DNA of 64,000 nt, from contig OZ038379.1 of the NCBI GenBank assembly GCA_964036045.1, positions 35,278,001 to 35,342,000 on the forward strand, given 5' to 3'. Source of the stretch: Eutreptiella sp. 'Long Island Sound 2002' (taxonomy: Eukaryota > Protista > Euglenida). Of this stretch, positions 1 to 12,350 are shown in pieces (position 1 is the first letter of the stretch; each line of letters begins with the position of its first letter). Below the pieces are notes generated by a model, which made no database searches, had not been told where the DNA came from, and worked only from the letters and a program-made list of their open reading frames with translations. Made by a program: the position numbers and the translations under genes.

Positions 1-749
1 CTCTATGGCCAAGCAGGAAGCTGAAGAGAGGCAACCCCACTAATCATACGATCTTTCACCCAGATTCGTGGCTATCGGAGGCCCGGCAAGTAGGAGACAC
101 AACAGTTGAGGCCGTACAATAGTCCACCCGAACCATTGTGCGGGAGCACTGGCACCAAGCATGCCGAATAAACGATGCTTTATGCCACCCATACTGGAAC
201 CTACATGGACTACTTGGCATGCAAAACCAGAAGACGCATCAAGGCAACATTGCTGTGCAGCAATTCCCCCGGCCTTGAGCGGCCGATCAAGCACGTCTTT
301 AGTGACTGCACTACGACTTCCCCCACCCCGGTCCAAAGGGTGCATTGTCGGAGATGATAGAGTCTGTTGTTGACCTTTGTGGCCGGCCTGCACTTGAACA
401 ACGACAGTTTGGATGCGTCTCCTAGAATCTTTGGCACCCCAGGTTCCCTGACCTGCAGTGCCTCGTTAATTTCTGCCCATGCACTGTCGTACCTGGACGT
501 TCTAGATCCGCGCACCAGTGATTCCTCGGCCTCCATGGCTTCTCGGAATATGATGTCATCATGTGATACGCTAGGTTCAGCATCAACCGGTGATCCATGG
601 GGCGCCCTAGTGTGTGATAGCATTTGTTTGCCTTGTCTCGTAGTATGTAGCTGCTGCTTTGGACACGAAAAAACACGCCGGACCACGAGGAACAATCAAC
701 CTATGCAACAATGATCCCGGCTTGAGGGGTTGCGGGAAGTCGTGAAAAC

Positions 750-1975
750 CTCGTGATATGGCCATTCTACTGTGCGTGTGTAGCAAAACAACACAAAATC
801 TTACAAACCGTAACAAAAAACACATGTGTACATGTACGGTGGCTGTCAAAGGGACATATTCCACCCGCACGTTTATGCGCCAAAGCGGCCACACACAACC
901 ACAGAGGCTGCACAATAGTTGGCATACATTTTGCGATGCGGTTTGGCGCATGTACGCAGAACACACCATGTAGTCTCTGTGCGAGAACTCAAAGCGCCTT
1001 TTACACAAGCAAGAGTACACACACCATCTAGCGGCCCTGTATCAACTAACACAAAGCCAGTACTAACATGCCTAGTACATGTACCAACAACAACAAGACT
1101 TGGTGCATGGCACACTTGTAGCATCCGGTATGTGTCATAAGGTGTGGGACACATATCAACACGACACAAGACAAGCACTATATCTCATGTGCAAGCGACA
1201 TAGTGAAGAATGGGAGCCCGGTTTATTGCAAGCATCCCCCTTCCTCCTCCCAAAACACCAATGACACAATGGGACCCTTGTGAGTGCATGGGAGATTTCA
1301 CCAAATTGACTTCTAACACCTTCAAACAAGAAATAAACTACGGGGAACCAGTCATGACCTGAACGTCGTGATATGGCCATTCCACTCTTCTTGTGTAACA
1401 ACACAACACAAAATCACACAAACCGTAACAAAACAAATGTGTACATGTATCGTGGCTGTCAAGGGGACATATTCCACCCGCATGTTTGTGCGCCAAAGCG
1501 GCCACACACAACCACAAATGCTGCACAATAGTGGGCATACATTCTGGGATGCGGTTTGGCGCATGTACACAGAGGCAAAACACACCATGCAGTCTCTGCG
1601 CGAGCACTCAAAGCGCCTTTCACACAAGCAAGACTACACACACCATCTAGCGGCCCTGTATCAACTAACACAAAGCCAGTACTAACATGCATAGTACATG
1701 TACCAAAAGCAACAAGAATGGGTGCATGGCACACTTGTAGCATCCGGTATGTGTCATAAGTTGTTGGACACATATCAACACGACACAAGACAAGCACTAT
1801 ATCTCATACGCAAGCGACATAGTGAAGAATGGGACCCCGGTTTATTGCAAGCACGCCCCTTCCTCCTCCCAAAACACCAATGACACAATGGGACCCTTGT
1901 GAGTGGGAGATTCCACCAAATTGACTTCCAAGACCTTCAAACAAGAAACCATGGGGAACCAGTCATGAGCTGAAT
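750..1975. repeat. Tandem duplication, 2 copies of about 615 bp
   Basis: TCGTGATATGGCCATTC starts at about 750 and 1365. Both units end in GGGGAACCAGTCATGA. The ORF track shows paired near-identical peptides (873..1178 vs 1459..1797; 1079..1264 vs 1698..1883). Confidence 0.9.
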
Positions 1976-4900
1976 TCCTTGTGGCTACACTAGCTGCCAT
2001 GTGTTGAAATACCATGCCACGTCATTTTACACCCCATGTGGGCCTTGGCACTGTTAGTGTATGAGCTGTCATAATAACTATGGCATTGGGCGGGCATGCC
2101 ACCTTCGGAAAGCTGGCTACTAGAACACAGTATGGACGCAAAGGACTCCTTCTTGCTTGCCATTGTGCCATACACTCCACCCCTTTGGCACCGTCACAAA
2201 GATGGCCGCAAAATGACTTCATCTCGTTGGGACCTTTACGGAGGTGTGCTACGAAAAGACAACGCGGAGCGTGCGGGGCGTTGCCCACATTTTGTTGTGG
2301 CATTTGTGGGGGCACACCTACTACGATGTCAAGATGCTCCAGTAGGGGGTCCGCACTTGGTCGGATGTACAGCGTGTGCAGCAAGCAACGAGGGCCGATA
2401 GGTTGGTTGCGGACACTTGACATGCGCAATATGCTCACACTCGCAATTTACATGACTTAGTGCCACGCACCTTGTTGTTGGATCAACGGGTGTTATGGAT
2501 GATAGAGGGGGGGGACCTCTATCCGCAGTAGTTTCTTAGCTTAGATCTGATACTCCAAGTCAAGTAAAGTGGCTGTGTTTGGCAAGAGTGGTGGCAATTA
2601 AATGCACTGTTATGGTCAAAGAACCTCATCTTGAAAGCAATTTCTGAGGGTACGGCTAGTTTGCGTACAAATCTTGGAGTTATAGAGCCGACATCCAAAG
2701 GCCCGGGTGCACAACCGGAACAATCACTTCCAAAAGGGTGTCAAAAACATCCGATTCTTGTCAAAAACCGAGTATTTTGAGACTGTGCGGTTCGGAGACA
2801 TGGTGCTTCTTGCAAAACCCATTCTCAGGAACCATCCCTGCATAGCAACAATAGTGAACCTATTTCACCAAAAGATTTCTGTCACTATGATAGTCTGTAC
2901 GTAACCCCCCATGTTCACCTACCCAAACGGTTTGTGTCTCTTGCGTGGCGTTCTCCAGCCTTGTTGCTTCTGAGTAACAGAGAAAGATGGGCACCGTTGC
3001 AGTGCTGTTTCATTGCGTCCATGCGGAAACCCACTGCACATTGGGCTTGTCTAGCTGGTTGGTGCATAATTGGCTAGCTAGTTCTTCAAAAAGATTTAAG
3101 GCTGTCAGTTGCACCGTGGTTCCGTTATGCACTGGAATTCTAGTGGGTCACCGCTTGGTCACTACAAAGGTACAAAAACGTGATTAGAATACCCCTATTT
3201 GGTCGTGTTTTGTAATATACCCTCTCGCGTGGCTATCCGGAGCCGATACTAGGAATTGATCTAGCATCCCTCCAGGCAGCCGAAGACAAGACTACATCCA
3301 CTAGACAATTGGATTCCCGCATCCCATTTCCGATTCTGCTCTTTTTGTAACGTGCCGAAACTTTCTTTTTGTGTTTTTTTAACGCCGTCTTTCGTGAAAC
3401 CCGGTCCCAGTGCCACACCCCTTTGATCCGTTATTGTGAATCATGCTAGAATTGGTTTTGGTACACAAGGAACAACAACCATATCTATGGCATTATGGCA
3501 AGCAATTTCACTGTCACCGATGAAATTATTTGAAGCCAATGGATACCAAAGGTTTGTTGTACCTATGTGTCGACCTATTTCCTTGCCTCTGCTGTGTACC
3601 TGAGGTTGTGCATTGTGTTACATTGTTCATAGTGAAAGTCCTCGCACCTATTTTCCGTTTTTGACTAATTTCGCACCCGGTCCCATTGCACACAAACAAC
3701 TTGCAAATACAGGGAGGTTTAGGACAGGGCATGGCCCCGAGGGCGGAGTTTCAGGTGTAGTGCTTGGTTCTTGTTTCACTCCTGTGGGGCAGTCTTGGGG
3801 CGCCAGAGGCAATTGCAACAAAATGCAATAGGAGAAAGCACTTGGAGTGCAGTGGCTATGGGAAACATTGCTGTGAAACCTACGTTGGTACAGGGAATAA
3901 CATCACGAGCTATGTATTGTGAAAGAAATAATCAAATTCGACATCTTGAATATGTCACAAGCACTAGCTATTCCAATGCAACGCTAAAATGAAACAGACA
4001 GTCCATCCCAATTCAACTTCAAAGCGGCTAAAATTGAATCAAAGTGCAAACCAATTTCACTGTTAAGAGTGAAAGCCCCAGTACGAAGTAGTGTAAAAGT
4101 GTGCATTTTAGGGCGTTTTGTACCGCTTTTCTGTACGACTTGACATTTCCTCTGCTCCACCAGCAGTGCCATAATGCCAACCGACCCCGCAGTAGTACCT
4201 AGCGCCCAGGGTCCCACACAAGCTACTTCATAGCAACGCACGCTGACATTGGTGGAGTTGGATAACAAGGTTAATGTAGACAACATCGACCAAAACGAGC
4301 AGCATGCCATCGCTGCTTAGATTGTGGCCTACAGCACGTGGACAGAGGGGCAGGGTGCTTTACGATTGAAGCAGAAGGTAAAGCAAGAAACAATGATTGT
4401 TCCCTTGGTGGCTCGGCTAGAGAGTGCCGCGCGCATAATTCAGAGCTGGAAGGCTTCGGTCAACCTATGAAACCTCTGTGTGATTGCTTGGCTGTATGCA
4501 CATGTTGTCGTTTCTATTTTTGTGGTACGCACCACTGGCACCTATGGATTGATAATTTGTGTTCTGCTTTGATTGGACTGCAATTTGACTGTCAATAGTG
4601 AGACATTACTCCATTGTTTTGTGTGGTACCAATGTGTGTCAAAACACAATTGCTTTTTATACCAATGGTTCGCTGCTTTGCCGCTAAGCTGTTTACATGC
4701 CTCACGTTGCACTCCAAGGTACTACGTTCATTCGAATCTTTGCCTAGCAAGTGTGGGATTATTTACAAAGTATAAGTTTGTTTTTGTTGCTTTCTTGGGC
4801 CGAGGTTCCCTTTTCCTAGTGATTTATCCGCCATGTTTGCAACGCTCCCACTTTGACATTGTCACCATGCCTAAACAATTGTACCACCATCCTTCTCTCT

Positions 4901-6299
4901 AATGCGAGGTGTGGATGTGTCTACCCTAGTCCGCAACGTCATCAAAACTTTCATTGTTAACGGTAAAACCCCGTCCCGTTTGCCTATTCTGACAGGATCT
5001 AACAAATATTTGCATATGTGGAATGGTAGGGTAGTGTTTACTATGTTGCTATATTGCTGGTGCATTTGTTCCGGCTTGCCTATTGCCTATGGTTTTTTTT
5101 GTCTAGAGGGGGAGGATGGGGTCTGCAAACCATGGAGAGTGGTTGATGGTGAATTTGCGGTGCATAGGGGGGGAGACATTGCCTCAATACCACTAGCCAT
5201 GTCAGAGACAATCAAGGTTGTGTTTTGCTGTTAACAGTCAAATAATATGGAATAAGAATCTTAGAATGGAGTTCTCAAAAATACCACATTTGCCTCCCCC
5301 AAACCGCGAATGCCATACTAGGCTGAGCATACTCGGCATATGGGTGCCTCTGGACAACGCTCCAAGCAAGCAACACTAAAACTTGTGGGCTTTGCCCTAC
5401 ATAATTTGTGGCGGCACCTCAATAGCTGACTCTGTGGCCCCTCGGGGCATGTGAGGACATTTGCAGGTAACCTCCGTGTTGCCCCCCCCCCCCCCCCCGC
5501 TGCTACCGTACCCAGCACTTGCAGCCTTGGGACGCATATTGCATGCAATTACTCACTTTATAAGTTGCCTACTGGCGTGGCGGTCGCCTACCGCACTAGA
5601 GAGCTCTTTGGTGTACGCATATGAAATCTAGGTCTTTCCCCCGTGCCCCGCATTGCCGGGATCCACTGTACCCCCCCCCCTTTTCTTGCACCCCCCCGTG
5701 TACTATCCCGAACTACAATTTTTGGGCCTCCCGAGGGGGTGTACGATAAGTGGGGGGGGGGGGGTGCAATAAGTGGGTATATTCTCCATTTGCAATTCTT
5801 GCCGTGATCGTACTCCCTTTGCAGACATAGTAGACAGTGAATTGAGGTCTTTTTTTGTCAATTGTGATGATTTGAGTAAGAGTTCTAAAGGTTCTGATCT
5901 TGGCAGTTTATCCGATGGAGACATAGAACGTACTGATAATGATCCTGATGCACAGCAGGCAGCGGATGTTGACATGATGGATGATGGCACCTCCAATCAC
6001 ATAGGTGTGTCAACATTGTGGCTCCATGGCACACTATCCTGCTTTGTTCATGATGTGTTTCACCAAAGGGGGTGTACGCTAGGTACTTGATTTTCTTGGC
6101 TTCTTAGGAGGGTGTACCTTAACTCGGGGGGCGTGTCTTAAGTGGCGGGGGTATCTGAAGTGGGGGGGGGTTTCTCATGTGCCGGATTCGCCCTCTATGA
6201 ATGTCGGGATTCAACCGACAAAAAAGAAATACCACATTTACCTATTTTTCATTGTTGGCCTTGGAGTGCAACAGTGAAAGTTTTTGCCTATTTTTTGAG

Positions 6300-7090
6300 G
6301 TACCGTCGACCCGGGATGTTGAGTCTGTACCTCCAAGCAGACTTTCCCGCATATGGGAAATGCTCGATGTGTGCGCAGCACGAAACATTTCAACATGCTA
6401 TGATGGAGTGTACCCTCTATCCTTTCATCTTTGATCTATTGAAGAAGACTGAGATATTCCCTTTGGAGAGGGGGGGCGGGGGCAGAGCCTTGCTTCAAAA
6501 CAACTATGCTCATGGCAGCAAGCACCATAGTTTTCGGCATCTTAAGTTGGTGTCTACCTCTAGACAATGGTCCCGGCCGCACACAATTTTGCATCCCGGT
6601 GTGTCACACCAAATGAGGCCTGCACAACGATGAGCGAAACGGGACCAAGAGGAAGAGAGAGGGGATGCTAATCCCGCGGCGCATAGTTTGGGTAATTATC
6701 CGAGAATACAGGTAGTGGTACATGAGATGGTCGTGGTCAAGTAGCAAGTAGCCCCTTCTGATTTCATCCCGTGCTTGCCATAGCCATCTTGCCCACTTGT
6801 GGGCCCACTTGATCAAGAAGGGGAAGGTGATCCTACTCCAAACCTGCAGAAAGCATGGTATTGTACCATATTGGAAGTCAAAAAACACATATCACCCAAG
6901 ATGGCAAGCCAAGTACAACGATGGGCACTCCTTCATTTGGGGTAGTGGAGCTCGTGGAAAATCGTATATGGCCACCCACCTCGTGCCTTCGACCATACAA
7001 TTAGCCCGCAAGCTTGCAAAATTGCCATTCACCAGGAAAGGTAGGATCCGCATTTGAAACTTGCTGTGGCATTTTACTCGTGACTTTTGC
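6300..7090. mobile_element. Decayed non-LTR retrotransposon C-terminal fragments on both strands
   Basis: Plus strand has KCSMCAQHETFQHAMMEC (C-x2-C..E..H....C, like the non-LTR zinc knuckle). Minus strand has KWARWLWQARD, resembling the W..W..RN motif of the LINE ORF2 tail. Confidence 0.35.
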
Positions 7091-7171
7091 ACCCAGACCT
7101 CAGGTTCATGCTAGCACACTGAGCTAGCTTGTCGGGAACACATCAAAACCTTGTGACATTCCCCATTTCAC

Positions 7172-7700
7172 ATGCAACGGATGACTCTAGTATGCCTTGC
7201 AAGCCAAGGCTATTCTCGGGACGCGAGGGGCACCCGGGAATTCCTTAACCTCACAAATAACTGCTTGCAACAAGGGTATCGGGTACTGTGTCTTTCAGGA
7301 GTATCGAGGCAGGTATCCTCCAAAGTGGGGAGGGTGGTAGGATTGGACCTAGCCAAGGAGATCAACCGGACATTGAGGTGGCTACGGAGGTCCCAAGTAA
7401 ATATCCTCAGTCACAGCCCGCGGTTGTACGCTATTTTGTGTTGAGGGCGTTGGAATCTGGGGGTGCCAACGAATTGGTGATGTTTTTGAAGTCAGAGTAT
7501 GTATTGGTGGGGCTAGGGTGCACAATGCTGCGCTGGCAAAGACAGCAATGGTCAAGATTGCTAGGCCCTTTTTCAAATTTGGATTTGTGGGTAAAGCTTA
7601 TTGAGTTGATGCACCGGCTGCACAAGCCAATGATGCTCGTGCAAATTTGGGCTATAGTACAATCACTGAATATCCACGCACACAAAGACTAGCTTTGGAG
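7172..7700 (+). mobile_element. Possible APE endonuclease N-terminal remnant
   Basis: Frameshifted YRVLCL-QE (tgtcttt caggag, about 7290) resembles the APE LQE motif. Other APE motifs were not recognised. Confidence 0.3.
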
Positions 7701-8394
7701 GCGCTGTGCTGCAACCCCATGCCGCGTGCGGGGGAGGGGGGGGGGGCAGGGAGAGTATTTTTGGGAGTTGCCAAAAGGAGAATCACCTGGCGGGTCGGGT
7801 TCGGAGGCAACCACAAGCCCAGAAGCACACTCTAACAGTTCGATGTCAGATGGGCATGACATGCTGGTGGTCCAGGGGCTATGGAAGGAGCTAGGGCTGG
7901 CAAAATTACAGTTGGGAGATGGGCCGGTAGGGAATGGGAAGTGGGTGGCAGTGATAGTGGAGATAGTGAGGGGTCCACAGACCATTGGTTGTACGATGCA
8001 ATGTGGGAGGGCGTATGAGGTGACAAAAGTCCATCCGGCGCCAATGGGAGGGGGCGAGCGAACTCGGCGGTCTCGAGGGGCCCTAGGTAGCTGTGGAGTG
8101 ACCTTGATGGCTCCAGGGGTGGGGGACGAGCTGGCCTGCATCAAGCTAGGAGACATTCGATTACGGTTGCACCCCAGTGAGCTCACGGCAACATTTGGCA
8201 CTAATTTGGATTGCGCTACGAAAGCAACATTGCTGTAGATGTAGTTGAAGTCAGTAAGTCTAGCATGAGGTCAAGATCAGGCTGGTAAATTGAAAACTAT
8301 CGTTAGTGTAGCGTAGCGGAGGTAACATAAGTTCTGCCACCGGGCCCCCATCACAACCCCTCCCTAACTCCGGGCCACCTCCCCCCCCCCTTCC

Positions 8395-11065
8395 TATTCC
8401 ACCATCACACCCGCGCGCGGGTACGCGCCAGGGGGACCCACTCTCCCCAGCGCTATTCTCCTTGGTGCCGTCCTTTGTAATCTTTCCACTACAAGACCTA
8501 GACCCAGCACTTGCTGTCATGATGTATGCGGATGACCTCATCATCTTTCTAGACGGACAAGCCAACCCATAGCTGTTGAGGAAAATATGGACTGTGGTGT
8601 CCTGCTTTGGACAGTTTTCTGGACTGAAGGTCAATTTGAACAAAACGGCAGCGATAGTTCGAAATTTGTGGGGGACAAGCTTGGGCAAAGTGCTTTGGAG
8701 AGATTGGGGTGGACGTTAAAAACTTCGTCAAGTATCTTGGGTTACGCTTGGGGAATATACGGCACCATCAAGATGACCAAAGATGGGGGTTGACAATAGA
8801 ACAAGCCTTTGCACCAGCACTTCGAGAAGCCTTTCGGCGCGCGCAAGGGTGGTGTCCACGCTGCAATTGTCGATGGACGAGCGCGCCTTCATGCTGACAT
8901 CATGGATTTTACCAGTGGTGGCCTGGGTATCCAAGGCATACTACGCCCCAGCCCCGGTGATCAAACAGCTGAAATTAGTCTACCACCTGACCATGGGCAC
9001 CAACAGTTGGGGAATCACTCTGCCAATCCTCTCGCGGCCACGGTCGCAAGGGGGACTGGCTCTGCCGGAGCCTGAGCTGTTTCTCATGCACCAAGCAGCG
9101 GCTCCGTTCGTCAGCCTCTTGGGCGGGCCTCACAAATACCCCAACAAGGCAATGGAGACCTTCTATGCATGGGCAGCGTCAATTGGGTTTACACCGTCCA
9201 AAGGCAACCTTCCATATACCCAACTGGGCATGGTTCGAACTGCGGGACTAACGTTCCTGGGATGGTCGGCGAAGGCACACTCATGTATCCAGCCGGTGGC
9301 CCCGCAGGTGGCCTACCCGAAAAACCGGGACCAATTACCGCCGTGGCACTCTGTCTACTTCCGGAATGAGTTCAACTGCTCCTACTACAACATGAAGATG
9401 ATCCGGCGGGGCGTACTGACGTGGGGCCACTTTCAATATGTGGAAGATGTGAGGCTATTGAATGCACTGCCTCCAACCTGGAAGGGGGTATATAATCATG
9501 GCGGACGGTTCCTAAACAAAGTCCCATCGAAAGGGGGGTTTGATACCCCCGCGGTCCATGTTCAAAACTGGACCAGGGCGTGGTTGCTACAGTTCTATGC
9601 CTCACAAGCGGGGGTGCGCGATCCATAAACACCTGAGGAGTGGGAGTAGTGGGCAAACACACAGCTACCGCCAAGGGTGCAGGACTTTGCTCAAAGAGTG
9701 TTGGGGCACAAACTTACGGTACATGAAAGGGTCTACAAGAGGTCGGGCACGGACAAATGCCCGATATGCTCGCAAAAGGAGTCGGTCAAGCATGCTACGG
9801 TCAAATGCTCCATGTTCAAAGCGGCGGCGGCGGTAATACAGCACTATTATGGCCCAATGGAAACCGGGGACGGGAAGTCTCCAGTCCGGGATATGATGGA
9901 GTCCGACCAACAGGAGTGGTTGTTGAACACGGACCAAGGCTGGGCAATGTGGTCAGCAAGAAGTGCCCACTGGCAATACCGTTGTGAAGTTAAGGCAGGA
10001 GCATCACAAGTGTTCACGTCGTACCTGACAACTTGGCTCAGGGAGCTGTGTGAATGGATTGGGTTTTACTCGGGAGAACGCAGGGAACAGTGGAGAAGTT
10101 TCAAGCAATCGCTTGAGCAACTTCGGGATACGGGAGTGCAGCCACGACAAGGGGAAGTACGTATAAACGGGGGATTATGTGCGTGGTGGCAAATGCACAC
10201 GGATTGTTTCACGCAAGACCGGAACGCCGACACACGCAACTGGCAAAGGAAAGCTGAATCACGTCCCAAGCGCCCGAGGCAGGCAAGCCCGGGAGTGCTT
10301 CAAGGTGTACATGACCTGATAGCAGGGCTCGTAGAGAAAGGGTAGAGGATTGTATACACAGACGGGTCTTCAAAAAGATTGAACCACAAAGGCATGCGCA
10401 GGGCAGGTGGCTTAGGCGTATTCGCAACAGAAGATGAGCAAGGGTTAGAAGTGCGTTTCTGCGGCTATGTACCAACGCGTCACAGGCAAACAAACAACGG
10501 TGCGGAGCTCTGGGCAGCACTGGAAGCCCTACAGGGGTTCTGGGTGCCAAAATTGGCAATCCTCACCGACTCACAGTATCTGCAACTAGGAGCGACCGGC
10601 ATGGCACAACACTGGAAGTCAAAAGGGTGGACGACAACATCCGGCAAACTGCAAGTCCACGTGCCCGTCTGGGAAATGCTGCTCCGGGAAATGGCAAAGC
10701 TAGGAAGAGAAGTCAGGTGGGAGCACGTCCCAGCACATGTCAACGTGCAGGGGAATGAGGTGGCGAATGGATTGGCGATGGAAGGCATGTGCTCCAGCCC
10801 GCCGTGGTCTCAACAAGTCACACAGCAATTATCATCCGGGTTAGAATCCACGGTGGGGTTGAGAGGAGGGTCTTGGTCCGAATCAGAGGACACCAAAGCG
10901 CTCTGGTCGTCCCTGGGCATGGTACCCATGGACAATGATGAACTGACAGGGGAAGCCTCCGGGGAACCGGCACCACGCGGAACAGAATCATCCAACTCGT
11001 GCATTTCGGGCGGTAACAAAAAAGGGGCAGGGTACATGCAAATCGGAAGAAATGTCTGCAGCTGA
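8395..11065 (+). mobile_element. 5'-truncated L1/Tx1-like non-LTR retrotransposon: RT C-half, zinc finger, RNase H (pseudogenised)
   Basis: RT motifs GTRQGDPLSPALF (8420), MYADDLI (8525) and GQFSGLKVNLNKT. Then RPRSQGGLALP and the zinc finger CPICSQKESVKHATVKC. RNase H motifs are VYTDGS (about 10352), TNNGAEL, LTDSQY, WKSKGW and WEHVPAHVNVQGNEVA. 8783-11065 is a single frame broken by two stops (9626, 10343). RT motifs upstream of QG are absent. Confidence 0.92.
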
Positions 11066-11374
11066 ATCACTGTCCTTCAGCACGGATGTGAGTGACACAA
11101 GGCGACAGCATAAGAGGCGAAAGTCCAGGAAAAGCAGAAACCCTGGACAAGGTCGCTAACACCTGTGCCCGTTATCCCCGCTTCCTGACTGCGGTATTTC
11201 CACAGGTTTCATACCCGCAAACGCCTGAACGCCCGAAATCTGCGTTCTTACGCAGGGGAGTTTTGAGGTGAGCTCCGCGTTCTGTCGCGAAGTACGGCAG
11301 CAAAAAGGCTTGGCAACGGCAGCGGGTGAACACAAACACAAACCCCGCGTCCTGTCGCGGAAGAGCTCCCTGGC

Positions 11375-12019
11375 GTGATGCCGCCGGGAAGGCCATGGAA
11401 GAAGCAGGGGCCACATCAACAACGACATGGCCCCTACACACAACTTAATCCAGCCCCAAAGAAGGCCAAGCCCGAGCAAGAACGCCAGCGTTTCAAGGTG
11501 CAAGCATTGAGCCAGCTAGACGCCATAGCGGACGAAGGGTTGAGAGATGTCAATGCCGAGCTGACCACTATGGCCTGGGCCCGCAATCAGCACATCTGGC
11601 TCCGACTGGACCAACCACACAGCACCAGGATGCACTGTGAAATTGTGGACAATCATGGAGAGCCATTGCTGATGAACAACCAAGAACTCTACTTGGTGAT
11701 GGCACAAATCAATTGGACCCTGAAGACCCAGGCTCTGACGAACATGCAGATTCAGTGGCGACCCAAGAGTGCAGGCAAGTGGCATCCGTTCCAATCGGAG
11801 GCGATCCTCCACTGTCCGAGGGCAGAGGGACACAGAGCGGTGCCCTCCTCTGTGAGCAGAAATGGAGACTGCCTGCATGTGTGGCCGACGGGCCGAGCTG
11901 ATCTCTTAAGGCTGTTCCAAAGAGCGCTCTTCGGGCAAACAGACCCGGTATCCGGAGACGCTGTTCGGTTCCTCTACACGCTGTTGAGCACACCGCCATG
12001 CGAACGGCGATATGCCTGA
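11375..12019 (+). CDS. Unassigned ORF, probably a TE accessory or ORF1 fragment
   Basis: 214-aa ORF of normal composition lying between the LINE 3' end and the YR element. No motif recognised. Confidence 0.3.
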   Translation: MMPPGRPWKKQGPHQQRHGPYTQLNPAPKKAKPEQERQRFKVQALSQLDAIADEGLRDVNAELTTMAWARNQHIWLRLDQPHSTRMHCEIVDNHGEPLLMNNQELYLVMAQINWTLKTQALTNMQIQWRPKSAGKWHPFQSEAILHCPRAEGHRAVPSSVSRNGDCLHVWPTGRADLLRLFQRALFGQTDPVSGDAVRFLYTLLSTPPCERRYA

Positions 12020-12059
12020 CAGGAGACAGCAAGCAAGGGGGTGTAAGATGAGGCAGAGG

Positions 12060-12350
12060 CACAAGAAAAACCCCTGGGGAGGGTGAGGAGAGGGAGAAAA
12101 AGAAAGGGCGAGGAGGGAGAGAGACAACGAGACACAGAGAGAGAGAGAGGGAGACACAGAGAGAGAGGGAGGGTGAGACACAAAGGTAGAGGGAGTGGTC
12201 GAGGCACAAACAAAGAGAGCGAGAGAGAGAGGGAGGGCGAGACAGGGCGAGACACGGAGAGAGAGGGAGTGGGTGAGGCATAGAGAAAGAGAGCGAAGCC
12301 CACAGAGCGAAAGGCCAGAGAGAGAGAGAGAGAGAGACCCGCAGAGCAAG
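12060..12350. repeat. (AG)/(GA)-rich degenerate microsatellite
   Basis: Purine-rich GAGAGAGA/GAGACA runs seen directly. Confidence 0.85.

Noticed and set aside
210-695. 161-aa minus-strand ORF
   Set aside because: No recognisable motif or splice support.
2000-5300. Scattered Penelope-like RT words (e.g. TLDMRNMLT); similar words at 15800-16700
   Set aside because: Too decayed; no catalytic DD or ordered motif set.
5660-6180. pogo-like remnant with GGGTGTAC/GGGTGCAA repeats and an acidic ORF
   Set aside because: No matching TIR pair, TA duplication or transposase motif was found.
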